From an uncultured Bdellovibrionales bacterium (lineage in GTDB: Bacteria > Bdellovibrionota > Bdellovibrionia > Bdellovibrionales > JAMPXM01), in contig CAZIYJ010000004.1 of NCBI GenBank assembly GCA_964543475.1, positions 63,362 through 127,361 on the forward strand: a stretch of 64,000 bases of DNA. Reading direction: 5' to 3'. Below, piece by piece: positions 45,845-55,384 of this stretch. The position numbers and the translations under genes are program-made. The notes under the pieces were generated by a model that worked only from the letters and a program-made list of their open reading frames with translations, searched no databases and was not told the origin of the DNA. Within the stretch, counting starts at the first letter, position 1, and each line of letters begins with the position of its first letter.

Positions 45845-47326
45845 CTAGAACACCATTGTGCCGCTAGCGATGACCCGGTCGTTGCCGCGGTATCGGCTTA
45901 AGAAGTGGTTGTCGGAGCGAGGAGAAGTACTTCCGATGACGTCGGCCTCGAACGCTGCGCGGAATTTTTCTGTGAAGGTCCAGTCGCTTACAAATTTGAT
46001 CCATGTCGCGCTGTCATCAATATTATAGGTGTACGCAAGCGACCATGAGCTACGTAAATCCCCAATAACGGGGAATGACAAGCGAACTGCTGCTCGGCCG
46101 GCGTTGGTGAAATTATATGGCATTCCGAACGTAGGATTGTCAGCGCTAACATCATCACCAAACTCTCTCGGCTCATCTCCTGATTTAGAAAGATAGCTGA
46201 CTACTAGACCGTAGCTCGTCCCGTTCGATTTTGTGTCGGAGAACTCGATACCTGGGCTTGCGAAATAAGTTGGGTAAAGTTTTTGATAGTTATAAAGAGG
46301 AAACTCTTCATCGATCGGCTTGTCATAAAGATTAGCCATCCAAAGCGAGAACTTTTCACCTTTGAATCCGAAATCGAACGAAGCCAAATGATGAAACGGA
46401 ACTTCAGGATAAATTTGAACATCAACATAACTTCCGGTTCCAGAAAGTCTCAGGTTGCCAGTGAAAGGAAGCGCGAGTTGGTTTCTTGGTTTGTAAATGT
46501 ATGAAGCTCGTGCCCAAAGCCCAGCAGACCTTGCTCCTGCTTCAATCGACCCACCGAATGAACCTTTTCGAATGATTTCTTCTATCGGTGGAATGTTCGG
46601 CGTGTAGCGAACATCAGCTGCAGCAGTGTTGTTAATTAAGATTGATTCGCTCGGCTCAAAGAACCATGGGTTACTTGAAACCAATTTTCCGTCGCGAAGC
46701 CGATAACCAGCCCCTGACTCCGGAACATATAGAGGTGACACAAATAAAAGAAATCGCACTGAATCTGTAGGAACCTCGAGGAAAAGGCCAATCAGACCCT
46801 GCTCTTCGGGCCGCAAATAATCCCAGCGATATTGCGGCTGCCAAGTGCCAAGCTCCCAGAATGAATCAAGTAAGCTCCAGCGATCTTTTTTACGACCGAA
46901 AGTGAGTCGAGGAGAGTTCGCGTTTGGAGTGGCGCCGAGCATGATTCTGAAATAGCCCTCAGGAGCATAGATCGAAAGATAGTCCGGAACATTAATGGCA
47001 AAACTCGCCCCGATGTCGATCCCAGCAGATAGAAAATCAGAGTTACTCTGACCGCGAACCCGCATCGTCAACTCTTCAAAGTGTTTCGCGCCAAGGAGTG
47101 TCTCTTTGTTTCCCAAATAGAATGATTCGCGAAAGCCAACGGTAAAAGGATGTGGCTTTCTGGGAGGCGCAACATTTAATGGGACCGCTGCAGGGTCACG
47201 ATCTTGAGCTTGCGACGTTGAACCAACGACGAAGCCAAATACGGTTGTGAGAATCAATGATGCGGCCAAAGCCCTAGTTGTCTTAAACACTAGTAAAAGC
47301 TTGCTAGATGAAAACTCGAGATGCAA
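45845..47326 (-). CDS. hypothetical outer-membrane beta-barrel protein
   Basis: Signal-like N terminus, alternating strand pattern, aromatic-rich, C-terminal ...GTMVF. ATG abuts the upstream stop. Confidence 0.55.
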   Translation of the reverse strand: MHLEFSSSKLLLVFKTTRALAASLILTTVFGFVVGSTSQAQDRDPAAVPLNVAPPRKPHPFTVGFRESFYLGNKETLLGAKHFEELTMRVRGQSNSDFLSAGIDIGASFAINVPDYLSIYAPEGYFRIMLGATPNANSPRLTFGRKKDRWSLLDSFWELGTWQPQYRWDYLRPEEQGLIGLFLEVPTDSVRFLLFVSPLYVPESGAGYRLRDGKLVSSNPWFFEPSESILINNTAAADVRYTPNIPPIEEIIRKGSFGGSIEAGARSAGLWARASYIYKPRNQLALPFTGNLRLSGTGSYVDVQIYPEVPFHHLASFDFGFKGEKFSLWMANLYDKPIDEEFPLYNYQKLYPTYFASPGIEFSDTKSNGTSYGLVVSYLSKSGDEPREFGDDVSADNPTFGMPYNFTNAGRAAVRLSFPVIGDLRSSWSLAYTYNIDDSATWIKFVSDWTFTEKFRAAFEADVIGSTSPRSDNHFLSRYRGNDRVIASGTMVF

Positions 47327-48724
47327 CTATTTCTGGATAGCTTCGCGGACTAAAGCGACGATTTCGAGGAGAAGTGCTCCAAGAATGAGGGTCGGAGCGA
47401 CCCATTTGATCACGAAGCTCCAATGGCTGAATAAACGATCAGTTGCCATCGACTCATCATTGATGAATTCCCGCTTTTTGAGCTCGGTACGTAGGTATTT
47501 AGACACGACATACGAGATGCCAAGTGCCGTCAGTGGTAAGACTCCGTTAATCAACAGAGCATCCAAAATTTCGAGAAGTCCCCGTCCGTGATACGAAAAA
47601 TTCTGAAAAGTTGAAGTCGAAAGAGCCGGAAAAACTGCTAAACAAAAAGCCACTGCCCCGACGGCCCATGTGGCTTGGGTTCGGCTAAGCCTGCCGCGAT
47701 CAATCCAGTTTGAAACAATTCCTTCAAGTAAACCGATACTCGCCCCAAGTGCTGCTAAGTAAAGACACAGAAAGAATGCCACACCAAAAATGAAACCATT
47801 TTCAAGATTCAAAAATAATCGAGGGAGAGCCTGAAACAAGACATCGGGGCCCGAAACTACAATCGCAGAGCTCGCGATGATCGGAAAAATAAGTAACCCG
47901 GCAAACAGAGAAATAAAAGTGTCGAGCGCCGTCACTCGAAGCCCTGCCGAAGGCACATGCTCGTCATCTGACAGGTAAGATCCGAAAGTGACCATCGTTC
48001 CAAAACCGACACTCAACGTGAAACAAATATGGCCAATTGCATAAAGCAAAGAAGAGAGAGTGAGTTTAGAAAAGTCAGGGTAAAAAAGAAATCGCAGCGC
48101 TGTTCCAGAGCTTGGGAGCGAGAGCGACTGAAACACCAACAACAAAAGTAAAATCACGAAGACTGGCATCACAGCGCCAACAAATTTCTCGATTCCGTTT
48201 TGCACGCCCTTAACAACAACAACAATCGTAATTAGCAAGTGAGCACTCGCCAATGCAATCTGCAACAGACCGTTTTGGTAGAGCACATCGAGTGCCTTTT
48301 CAGGGTTAAAGCCTTTTGCATGCATGTGGCCGAAGATAAATTGCATAAGGAAATGCAAAACCCAGCCGCTGATCACCGCATAATAAGAAAGTACCAAAAG
48401 AGTTGAGACGAGTGCTAAGCGACCAATCCATCGCAAAGGTGAACGAGGATTCACTTTCGGAGTGAGCATTGGATCACCCAGAGCTTTATGAACTGCTACA
48501 ATCGAAGATCTGCGAGTGAGTTTGCCGAGCATAAGCTCACCAATTAAAAGGGGCAGGCCTAAAAACAAAGCGAGAAAAGTGTACAGGAGAACAAATGCTC
48601 CCCCGCCATTTTCAGCAACGATATAAGGAAAGCGCCAAAGATTACCAAGGCCGAAGGCAGTACCAATTGCGGCCAGATAAAATCCGTATCGTGTTCCCCA
48701 GATGGTTCGCTTGCGATTAACCAA
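47327..48724 (-). CDS. neurotransmitter:sodium symporter (NSS/SNF) family transporter
   Basis: GLGNLWRFPY motif, about 12 TM helices. Confidence 0.85.
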   Translation of the reverse strand: MVNRKRTIWGTRYGFYLAAIGTAFGLGNLWRFPYIVAENGGGAFVLLYTFLALFLGLPLLIGELMLGKLTRRSSIVAVHKALGDPMLTPKVNPRSPLRWIGRLALVSTLLVLSYYAVISGWVLHFLMQFIFGHMHAKGFNPEKALDVLYQNGLLQIALASAHLLITIVVVVKGVQNGIEKFVGAVMPVFVILLLLLVFQSLSLPSSGTALRFLFYPDFSKLTLSSLLYAIGHICFTLSVGFGTMVTFGSYLSDDEHVPSAGLRVTALDTFISLFAGLLIFPIIASSAIVVSGPDVLFQALPRLFLNLENGFIFGVAFFLCLYLAALGASIGLLEGIVSNWIDRGRLSRTQATWAVGAVAFCLAVFPALSTSTFQNFSYHGRGLLEILDALLINGVLPLTALGISYVVSKYLRTELKKREFINDESMATDRLFSHWSFVIKWVAPTLILGALLLEIVALVREAIQK

Positions 48725-48725
48725 A

Positions 48726-50075
48726 TCAGTCCTCGTAATTCTTGCGTCCGCGCTTCATCACGAAAATACGGATTGGAACTCCTTCAAGCCCCCACTGCGC
48801 TTGAATTCGCTTTGCTAAGAATCTGCGATAAGCCGGAGTCACTCCATCTGGAGCGTTAGCAAATGCAATAAATGCCGGAGGCCTCTGGTGAGTCTGAGTG
48901 AGATAGTAGAACTTAACATCTTTGGTCGCGTAAACTGGCGAAGGAGCCTGGCGAATCACGTCCATGAAGAAGTCATTGAGTTCACGAGTTGGAATTCGAA
49001 TGCCGAGCTTTTCTTCGATCTCAAAAATCTTTTTAAAGAGATCGTCGATTCCCTTACCTGTTTTGGCACTCAGAAATACAATAGGAATATCTGGGAAGAA
49101 GTGAACTTCATCTTCTGTGCGCTCTTTAAACCATTTTCGGAAATTCGGAATTTCTTTATCACCAAGATCGATCTTGTTCGCAACTAGCACGACTGCTTTG
49201 TGCAAATCCATAATTCCTTCAAGAATCTTCAGATCTTGTGACGTAGGCCCTTCGGTTCCGTCGACCATCAAAAGAACTAAATTCGCGCGTCTAATCGCTT
49301 CATGAGACTTAAAGGCCGCGATGATCTCGATATCTTCTTCTCGTTTAGAAGACCTGCGAAGACCTGCGGTATCGATAAAGATAAACTTTTTGCCATTGTA
49401 TTCAAACTGCGTGTTGACCGAGTCAACTGTCGTGCCGGCAATCGGAGAAACTAAAAGTCGCTTCTCTCCCAGCAATCGATTCACAAGTGAGCTCTTGCCA
49501 ACATTCGGCTTTCCAACAATCGCAACTGTCATACCTTCGCGAATTGTGTGCTCAGTCCGCTTAACATGCTCAACGATCCATTCAAGGACTTGATCCATCC
49601 CGTGACGATGCTCAAAAGATGTCGAAGCAACATCAACGCCGAATTCATAAAATTCTGACTTGGCTGATTCAAAGTTCTGAATCGAATCAACTTTGTTGAT
49701 CACAAGTAGGAATGGCTTTCCGGTCTCTTTGGCGATTCTGATGATATCGCGATCTTCGGGAATTAGTCCCGCTCGCCCGTCCATCACCACAATCAAAAAA
49801 TCAATTGATTGCAAGAACTCAACGACCTGCTCGCGAATCATCACAGAGAAAGTGTCAGCAGCTTCAGTGAGCCCACCAGTGTCGATCACATCGAACTTGG
49901 TTCCCCAAACTTCAGCTGGCTCAATTAAAATATCGCGAGTGACGCCTGGCTGATCTTTAACAACCGCTTTTCTAGATTCAGTTAAATAATTGAACAACGT
50001 CGACTTGCCCACGTTGGGACGGCCGATGATCGCGACTCGCGAAATATTGATATTGCGCTCATTCTGGAACGACAT
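48726..50075 (-). CDS. der: ribosome-biogenesis GTPase Der (EngA)
   Basis: Two G domains (GRPNVGKST; GKPNVGKSS) plus a KH-like C terminus. Confidence 0.9.
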   Translation of the reverse strand: MSFQNERNINISRVAIIGRPNVGKSTLFNYLTESRKAVVKDQPGVTRDILIEPAEVWGTKFDVIDTGGLTEAADTFSVMIREQVVEFLQSIDFLIVVMDGRAGLIPEDRDIIRIAKETGKPFLLVINKVDSIQNFESAKSEFYEFGVDVASTSFEHRHGMDQVLEWIVEHVKRTEHTIREGMTVAIVGKPNVGKSSLVNRLLGEKRLLVSPIAGTTVDSVNTQFEYNGKKFIFIDTAGLRRSSKREEDIEIIAAFKSHEAIRRANLVLLMVDGTEGPTSQDLKILEGIMDLHKAVVLVANKIDLGDKEIPNFRKWFKERTEDEVHFFPDIPIVFLSAKTGKGIDDLFKKIFEIEEKLGIRIPTRELNDFFMDVIRQAPSPVYATKDVKFYYLTQTHQRPPAFIAFANAPDGVTPAYRRFLAKRIQAQWGLEGVPIRIFVMKRGRKNYED

Positions 50076-50961
50076 AACCTAGCTCCTTCATTAAGCGCTT
50101 GTTCTTAGTCCAACCCTCTTTAACTTTGACATGAAGCTCAAGGAACACTTGAACTCCGCCCAAAAGCTTTTCAATTTCTGGGCGCGCAAGACTACCAATC
50201 TTTTTGAGAGTGGCACCTTTAGCACCGATCACGATCCCCTTGTGATTTTCTTTATCAAGCAAGAGTTCAGCGGCAATTCTTGTCAGCGTCGGGTCTTCTT
50301 CATCGAACTTGTTGATGAGAACAGCGAGTCCGTATGGAACTTCTTTATGTAAGGCATCAAAGCACTTCTCGCGAATAATTTCGGCTGCCATTTGGCGAAG
50401 CGTTTGAGTCGTGTAAATCTCTGGGTCATAGAGAGGCTGATCTGTCTCAGGAAGCAGATCAATGATTCGATTCATGACCTCTGTTCGAGCCTCTTCAGGT
50501 CGAGTCTTCGCTGAAATCGAAACAAACTGAACTTCTTCCTCGACTAAATACTTAAAGTACTTAGGAGTTCGCGTACCGCCAAGTAAGTCACTCTTAGTAA
50601 TGATCACTACGCACTTGCGATCAGAACTACGCGCCATCTCTACGATCTCTTTTGCTTTATCTTCACTGTCGTCTGCCGCGAGTAAAATTAGGAGAACATC
50701 CGCTTTTTTTACTACGTCTTTAAACTCAGACTGCAAGAAGTCGTTAACTCCAGTTTTCGTTCTAACAAAACCAGGAGCGTCGACAAAAATAATCTGTTCG
50801 GTTTTAGTTGTGACAATGCCTGTAACTCTTTGCCGAGTCGTCTGGGGCTTGTCAGACACGATTGAGACTTTCTCATTAACGAGTAAGTTGGTGAGCGTGC
50901 TTTTTCCCGCGTTTGGCTCGCCAAGAAGAGCTACGAATCCTGCTCTAAACTTCTTTTTCAT
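50059..50961 (-). CDS. era: GTPase Era
   Basis: GEPNAGKST, DAPG, TKSD, KH domain (VIGAKGATLKKIG). Confidence 0.9.
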   Translation of the reverse strand: MKKKFRAGFVALLGEPNAGKSTLTNLLVNEKVSIVSDKPQTTRQRVTGIVTTKTEQIIFVDAPGFVRTKTGVNDFLQSEFKDVVKKADVLLILLAADDSEDKAKEIVEMARSSDRKCVVIITKSDLLGGTRTPKYFKYLVEEEVQFVSISAKTRPEEARTEVMNRIIDLLPETDQPLYDPEIYTTQTLRQMAAEIIREKCFDALHKEVPYGLAVLINKFDEEDPTLTRIAAELLLDKENHKGIVIGAKGATLKKIGSLARPEIEKLLGGVQVFLELHVKVKEGWTKNKRLMKELGYVVPE

Positions 50962-51677
50962 AACGGTACACTTCCAGTAGTTTGAGCTTTGCTCGTTTCA
51001 AATATTTCTAATGCTACTTTTGCAGCTTCCTGCTCCGCAGCTTTTTTACTTCGGCCTTCGCCCTTGGCAATTTGCGCTTCGTTGACCCAAACCGAAATTT
51101 CGAACTTCTTGTCGTGATCTGGGCCAGTTTCGGCATCGACTTGATACTTCGGAGTTGTGCGATAGAGCTCCTGAGCTCGCTCTTGAAGTCGAGTTTTAAA
51201 GTCAGAAGCAAAATCAGGCGCGTTTGCGATCTGCGATATCTTTGCCGAGAACAATCGCTCAACGATTTCTACAGCTTTTGCGTAACCGCCATCAACAAAG
51301 ACCGCGCCAATAATCGCCTCAAAACTTGAAGCAAGCAGACGAGGTTTTAGTAATCCGCCCGTACGAAGTTCTCCCTTACCTAGGCGCAAGTAGTTGGCCA
51401 AACCAATCTCTCCAGCTAACTGAGAAAGGCTTTCTTCGTTAACGAGACTAGCGCGCTTCTTTGAAAGCGCACCCTCGTCATCTAACGGAAATTGGTTCAT
51501 GAGATACTGACTCAGTGCCAGATCAAGAACCGCATCACCTAAGAACTCAAGTTTTTCATTGTCTGCGCTCGTCGCGGCATCTTCGTTCTTGAAGCTTTTG
51601 TGCGTCAGTGCCTGAGTGAGTAAATCTGAATTTGAAAAGTTATGTTGCAGAAGCGTTTGCAGTTCTTGCATATCCAC
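50958..51677 (-). CDS. rnc: ribonuclease III
   Basis: ALTHKSF, NEKLEFLGDAVL signature, C-terminal dsRBD (GEGRSKKAAEQEAA). Confidence 0.9.
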   Translation of the reverse strand: MDMQELQTLLQHNFSNSDLLTQALTHKSFKNEDAATSADNEKLEFLGDAVLDLALSQYLMNQFPLDDEGALSKKRASLVNEESLSQLAGEIGLANYLRLGKGELRTGGLLKPRLLASSFEAIIGAVFVDGGYAKAVEIVERLFSAKISQIANAPDFASDFKTRLQERAQELYRTTPKYQVDAETGPDHDKKFEISVWVNEAQIAKGEGRSKKAAEQEAAKVALEIFETSKAQTTGSVPL

Positions 51678-53046
51678 TCATTTCAAAATCAGGTTTACCA
51701 ACAAGGACACCGTCCATTCGGCTCGCTTGTGTTTCATCAAAACCGGTAATTCGAACATAAACCTCTTTTCCGACAAGATCGCCAAGCATTGATTGCTCAG
51801 CCTCATTAACATCAAATTTAATTGGCCAATAATCTCGACTCAAACCAGACGTCGAACCTATCACTTTTGCTTTATGGCCCTTCAAGATAACAGCTTGCTT
51901 ATACGCTCCGACTTGCGAGTCCGCGATTTCGCGGTAGCGCATCGAAGAAAGCTCACGCAGTCGCATCGCGCGAATTGACTTCTCTGATTTACCAACGACT
52001 TCAGAAATTAATGTCGCCTTAGTTCCCGGACGTTCGCTGTAAGGAAATACGTGAATACGACTCCATGGAAGGTGTGCCAACCGCAAAAATGTATCTTCAA
52101 ACTCCTCGTGCGTCTCACTCGGAAATCCAACGATGACATCCATTCCAACGAAGCTGCCCGGAAGACGCTCCGCAATTGCTTTTAGACTTACTTCAACATC
52201 TTCAGCTGTATATTTTCGGCGCATAGCCTGGAGAATTCGCGAGTTAGCACTTTGAATGCTCATATGAAAGTGACGACAGAGTCGTTCATCTCGCTCGTAA
52301 AGCTTTAAAAGTTCTTCAGTCAGCTCAATTGGCTCTAAGCTTGAGAGACGGATTCGTGGAACCGAAGTTCTCGCTAAAACTTCGGCGACAAGTGCCTCGA
52401 GTCCTAACTTTTGGCCCGGGCGAGAATCATCTTCATAGTCTCCTATGTGAACTCCCGTTAAGACGACTTCTTGTGTTCCGCTTGCGGCTAATTCGTTAAT
52501 CTTACCTACCAGCTCGTCGATTGTGATTGAGCGACTCTTGCCTCGAGCAAAAGGAATCACGCAGTACGTACAAAACTGATTACAGCCATCTTGGATTTTA
52601 ACGAACGCCCGAGTGTGACCTGCTTCTTGCCCGCCACCCGCTTCTAAATCGTCTTTTCGAAAAATATTAGATCGAAAAACTTTTTCAGAAGACTCACCCT
52701 TAAGATGTGCTTCAAGAATATCTTCAAGCGAACCTTTGTGAGAATTTGCGATGATCAAATCAGCTTCTGACAAAGTATCAAGACTTGCGCCGTCTACCTG
52801 TGCCGAGCAACCGGTTACAATAATCTTTGCTTGAGGATTCTTAGAACGAATTCTGCGAACTTCTCGAATTGCGTCTTTCGTGGCCTCTGCTGTCACAGCA
52901 CATGTATTAAGAACATGTACTTCAGGCGAATCTTTTGTGAACTCATAACCTTTTGACGTCAGGCGCTTTTGCAAAAGCCCTGTGTCGTATGTGTTCACTT
53001 TGCAACCGAAGGTGTGCACCTGAATCTTTGCGTTCTTTGGTGTCAT
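51640..53046 (-). CDS. mtaB: tRNA methylthiotransferase MtaB (radical SAM, MiaB-like)
   Basis: UPF0004 N domain (TFGCKVN), CNQFCTYCVIP radical-SAM cluster, TRAM-like C terminus. ATG 53046 shares one nt with the mnmA stop (TAATG). Confidence 0.8.
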   Translation of the reverse strand: MTPKNAKIQVHTFGCKVNTYDTGLLQKRLTSKGYEFTKDSPEVHVLNTCAVTAEATKDAIREVRRIRSKNPQAKIIVTGCSAQVDGASLDTLSEADLIIANSHKGSLEDILEAHLKGESSEKVFRSNIFRKDDLEAGGGQEAGHTRAFVKIQDGCNQFCTYCVIPFARGKSRSITIDELVGKINELAASGTQEVVLTGVHIGDYEDDSRPGQKLGLEALVAEVLARTSVPRIRLSSLEPIELTEELLKLYERDERLCRHFHMSIQSANSRILQAMRRKYTAEDVEVSLKAIAERLPGSFVGMDVIVGFPSETHEEFEDTFLRLAHLPWSRIHVFPYSERPGTKATLISEVVGKSEKSIRAMRLRELSSMRYREIADSQVGAYKQAVILKGHKAKVIGSTSGLSRDYWPIKFDVNEAEQSMLGDLVGKEVYVRITGFDETQASRMDGVLVGKPDFEMSGYARTANASAT

Positions 53047-54140
53047 TAAACGATCCACCCGCCGCCGACCAACCGATTTTCGCGATAGAGAACCGCAGCC
53101 TGTCCTGGAGTTACAGCACGAACCGGCTCTTCAAACTCAAGATGAACTTCGCCATTTGTTTTTCGCACAGTTGCATAGTTTCCCTTGTGGGCATAACGAA
53201 TCTTAACTTTCATTCGCTCGCCGTCATCTACGTCATCTAACCAATGCGGCTGTACAACACGGACTTTATCTTGAAAGAGATACTTCTCTTCGCCCACCCA
53301 AACCGTGTTGGTTTCAGGATCGACTTTGATAACAAAGAGTGGAATCCCAGCGGCATATCCTAAGCCTTTACGCTGACCGTAAGTGAAGTGATGAATTCCG
53401 TCATGAGGAGCCAGGACTTCGCCGGTTGGATGAAGTTTGACGTCACCTTTTTTGGTATCGAGAACTGATTGCGGCACTTGAGTTTTAATAAAGTTTGCGT
53501 AGCCCTGATTCCCAACAAAACAAATTCCGACAGAATCTTTCTTTCGGGCGTTGATGAGTCCTTTTTCTTCGGCGTATTTGCGAACGTCTTCTTTTTTCAT
53601 TTCGCCGATTGGGAACATCAATTTAGGAACTAATTCAGGATCAATTGTGAACAAGAAGTAAGTTTGATCTTTCCAGTCGTCAGTCGAATTGACGATGCCC
53701 ATTCGACCTTTTTCATTTGCTTCAATTTTTGCGTAGTGGCCAGTGGCTAAGTAATCACAACCAAGTTCGTTCATCTTGCGAACGAGGTGGTCAAATTTGA
53801 GATACGTATTGCAGTTCACACAAGGAAGCGGCGTCAAACCTTTGAGATAATCACTTACAAACGGATCAATGACCGCCGTTTTAAACTTCGCTTCGCAATT
53901 GATCACATAGAACGGAATATCTAAGCGGTCAGCCACAGCTCGCGCATCATCAACGTCAATCGAAGAACAGCAAGTTCCGTTACCTTCTTCAATATCACAT
54001 GAAGTGTAATCCCAAACCTGCATGGTCACACCGACCACGTCGTAACCTTGCTCGACCAACAATGCAGCTGCAACAGAGCTATCAACTCCGCCGCTCATCG
54101 CAACTAATACTTTTTTCTTTCGATTCACATCTGTACTCAT
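53046..54140 (-). CDS. mnmA: tRNA 2-thiouridine(34) synthase MnmA
   Basis: PP-loop [10 protein letters not shown], conserved Cys, GHYA. ATG 54140 overlaps the iscS stop (ATGA). Confidence 0.9.
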   Translation of the reverse strand: MSTDVNRKKKVLVAMSGGVDSSVAAALLVEQGYDVVGVTMQVWDYTSCDIEEGNGTCCSSIDVDDARAVADRLDIPFYVINCEAKFKTAVIDPFVSDYLKGLTPLPCVNCNTYLKFDHLVRKMNELGCDYLATGHYAKIEANEKGRMGIVNSTDDWKDQTYFLFTIDPELVPKLMFPIGEMKKEDVRKYAEEKGLINARKKDSVGICFVGNQGYANFIKTQVPQSVLDTKKGDVKLHPTGEVLAPHDGIHHFTYGQRKGLGYAAGIPLFVIKVDPETNTVWVGEEKYLFQDKVRVVQPHWLDDVDDGERMKVKIRYAHKGNYATVRKTNGEVHLEFEEPVRAVTPGQAAVLYRENRLVGGGWIV

Positions 54141-55336
54141 GACAGAACCCCTGGCTTCCCAGTGACACAAACATCTTCAGAACTGAAACTTCTAATTCGT
54201 GCGACTACTTCTTTTAATGCTTCGATAAATAAATCAATTTGCTCATTTGTATTCGACCAGCCAAGTCCGACTCTCAATGACGATTGAGCCTCATCGCGAG
54301 TGATTCCCATCGCAATCAGAACAGGTGATGGTTCTGGGCTCCCGGAGCTACAAGCAGCTCCGGTGGAAACAGCAAATCCCATGATATCTAAATTCATTAG
54401 AAGGGTTTCGCCGTCGACTCCATCGATGATCATACTTGAGGTATTAGGAAGACGACGTGCGTTCTCGGAATTGACCGAGAGGCACGCGATTTCGTTTTTC
54501 AGTCGATTCTCCAAATGATCGCGAAGAATTTCTAGCTTTTGCCCTTTCGGGCCGATCTCATGCGAGCTCTTTGCCATTTCTCCAAGAGATGCGATCGCAA
54601 GCAAGTTTTCTGTGCCGCCACGGCGATGACGTTCTTGAGCTCCGCCGTGGATAAGGCTTTCAAGCTGAGTCCCTTTTCGCGAGAAGAGGACTCCCACACC
54701 TTTTAGCGAATAGAACTTGTGTCCTGAAAAGCTCGCAAGGTCTACGCCAAGTTCTTGAACATTGACCGGAATTTTTCCGAGAGCCTGAACCGCGTCAGTA
54801 TGAAAGAGTGCTCCATGCTGATGGGCTAATTCTGCCATTTCTCGGATTGGAAAGATCACTCCAGTTTCGTTGTTTGCTAGCATCACCGAAACTAAAGCAG
54901 TCTTATCGTTGAGCAAAGATTTGTACTGCTCAAGATCAATTTGACCTTCGCGATTTACCGAAATGAATTCAACTTCGGCTCCACGACTTTTCAAAAACTC
55001 GGCAGTCTTCTGAACACTTGGATGCTCAACTGATGAAAAAAGATATCGATTGCGAAATCCATTAGGCAAAATCGCGCCGGGACTGTGCATGAATTCATAC
55101 ACGCCTTTGATTGCTAAATTATTTGATTCGCTTCCGCCGCTTGTGAAAATAACTTCGAGCTGATCGCAACCAATCATGTGAGCGAAAGCTTTGCGAGAAT
55201 CGCGAAGCAAAGCTTTTGGCTTTCTACCTGCACGATGGATCGAACTTGGGTTGCCCCAAGCCTCTAGCCAATCAACGATTTTCGGCTTTAACTCTGGAGC
55301 TAAAGGCGAAGTCGCGTTGTGATCTAGGTAGATCAT
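54137..55336 (-). CDS. iscS: class I cysteine desulfurase (IscS/NifS type)
   Basis: [15 protein letters not shown] (PLP Lys), [12 protein letters not shown] active-site loop. Start set at MIYLDHN (55336); ATG 55366 and 55402 are alternatives. Confidence 0.8.
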   Translation of the reverse strand: MIYLDHNATSPLAPELKPKIVDWLEAWGNPSSIHRAGRKPKALLRDSRKAFAHMIGCDQLEVIFTSGGSESNNLAIKGVYEFMHSPGAILPNGFRNRYLFSSVEHPSVQKTAEFLKSRGAEVEFISVNREGQIDLEQYKSLLNDKTALVSVMLANNETGVIFPIREMAELAHQHGALFHTDAVQALGKIPVNVQELGVDLASFSGHKFYSLKGVGVLFSRKGTQLESLIHGGAQERHRRGGTENLLAIASLGEMAKSSHEIGPKGQKLEILRDHLENRLKNEIACLSVNSENARRLPNTSSMIIDGVDGETLLMNLDIMGFAVSTGAACSSGSPEPSPVLIAMGITRDEAQSSLRVGLGWSNTNEQIDLFIEALKEVVARIRSFSSEDVCVTGKPGVLS

Positions 55337-55384
55337 TTCACTGAGATTTCCGTCGGAAAATGACATGCGCTGCAATGTAGCAAA

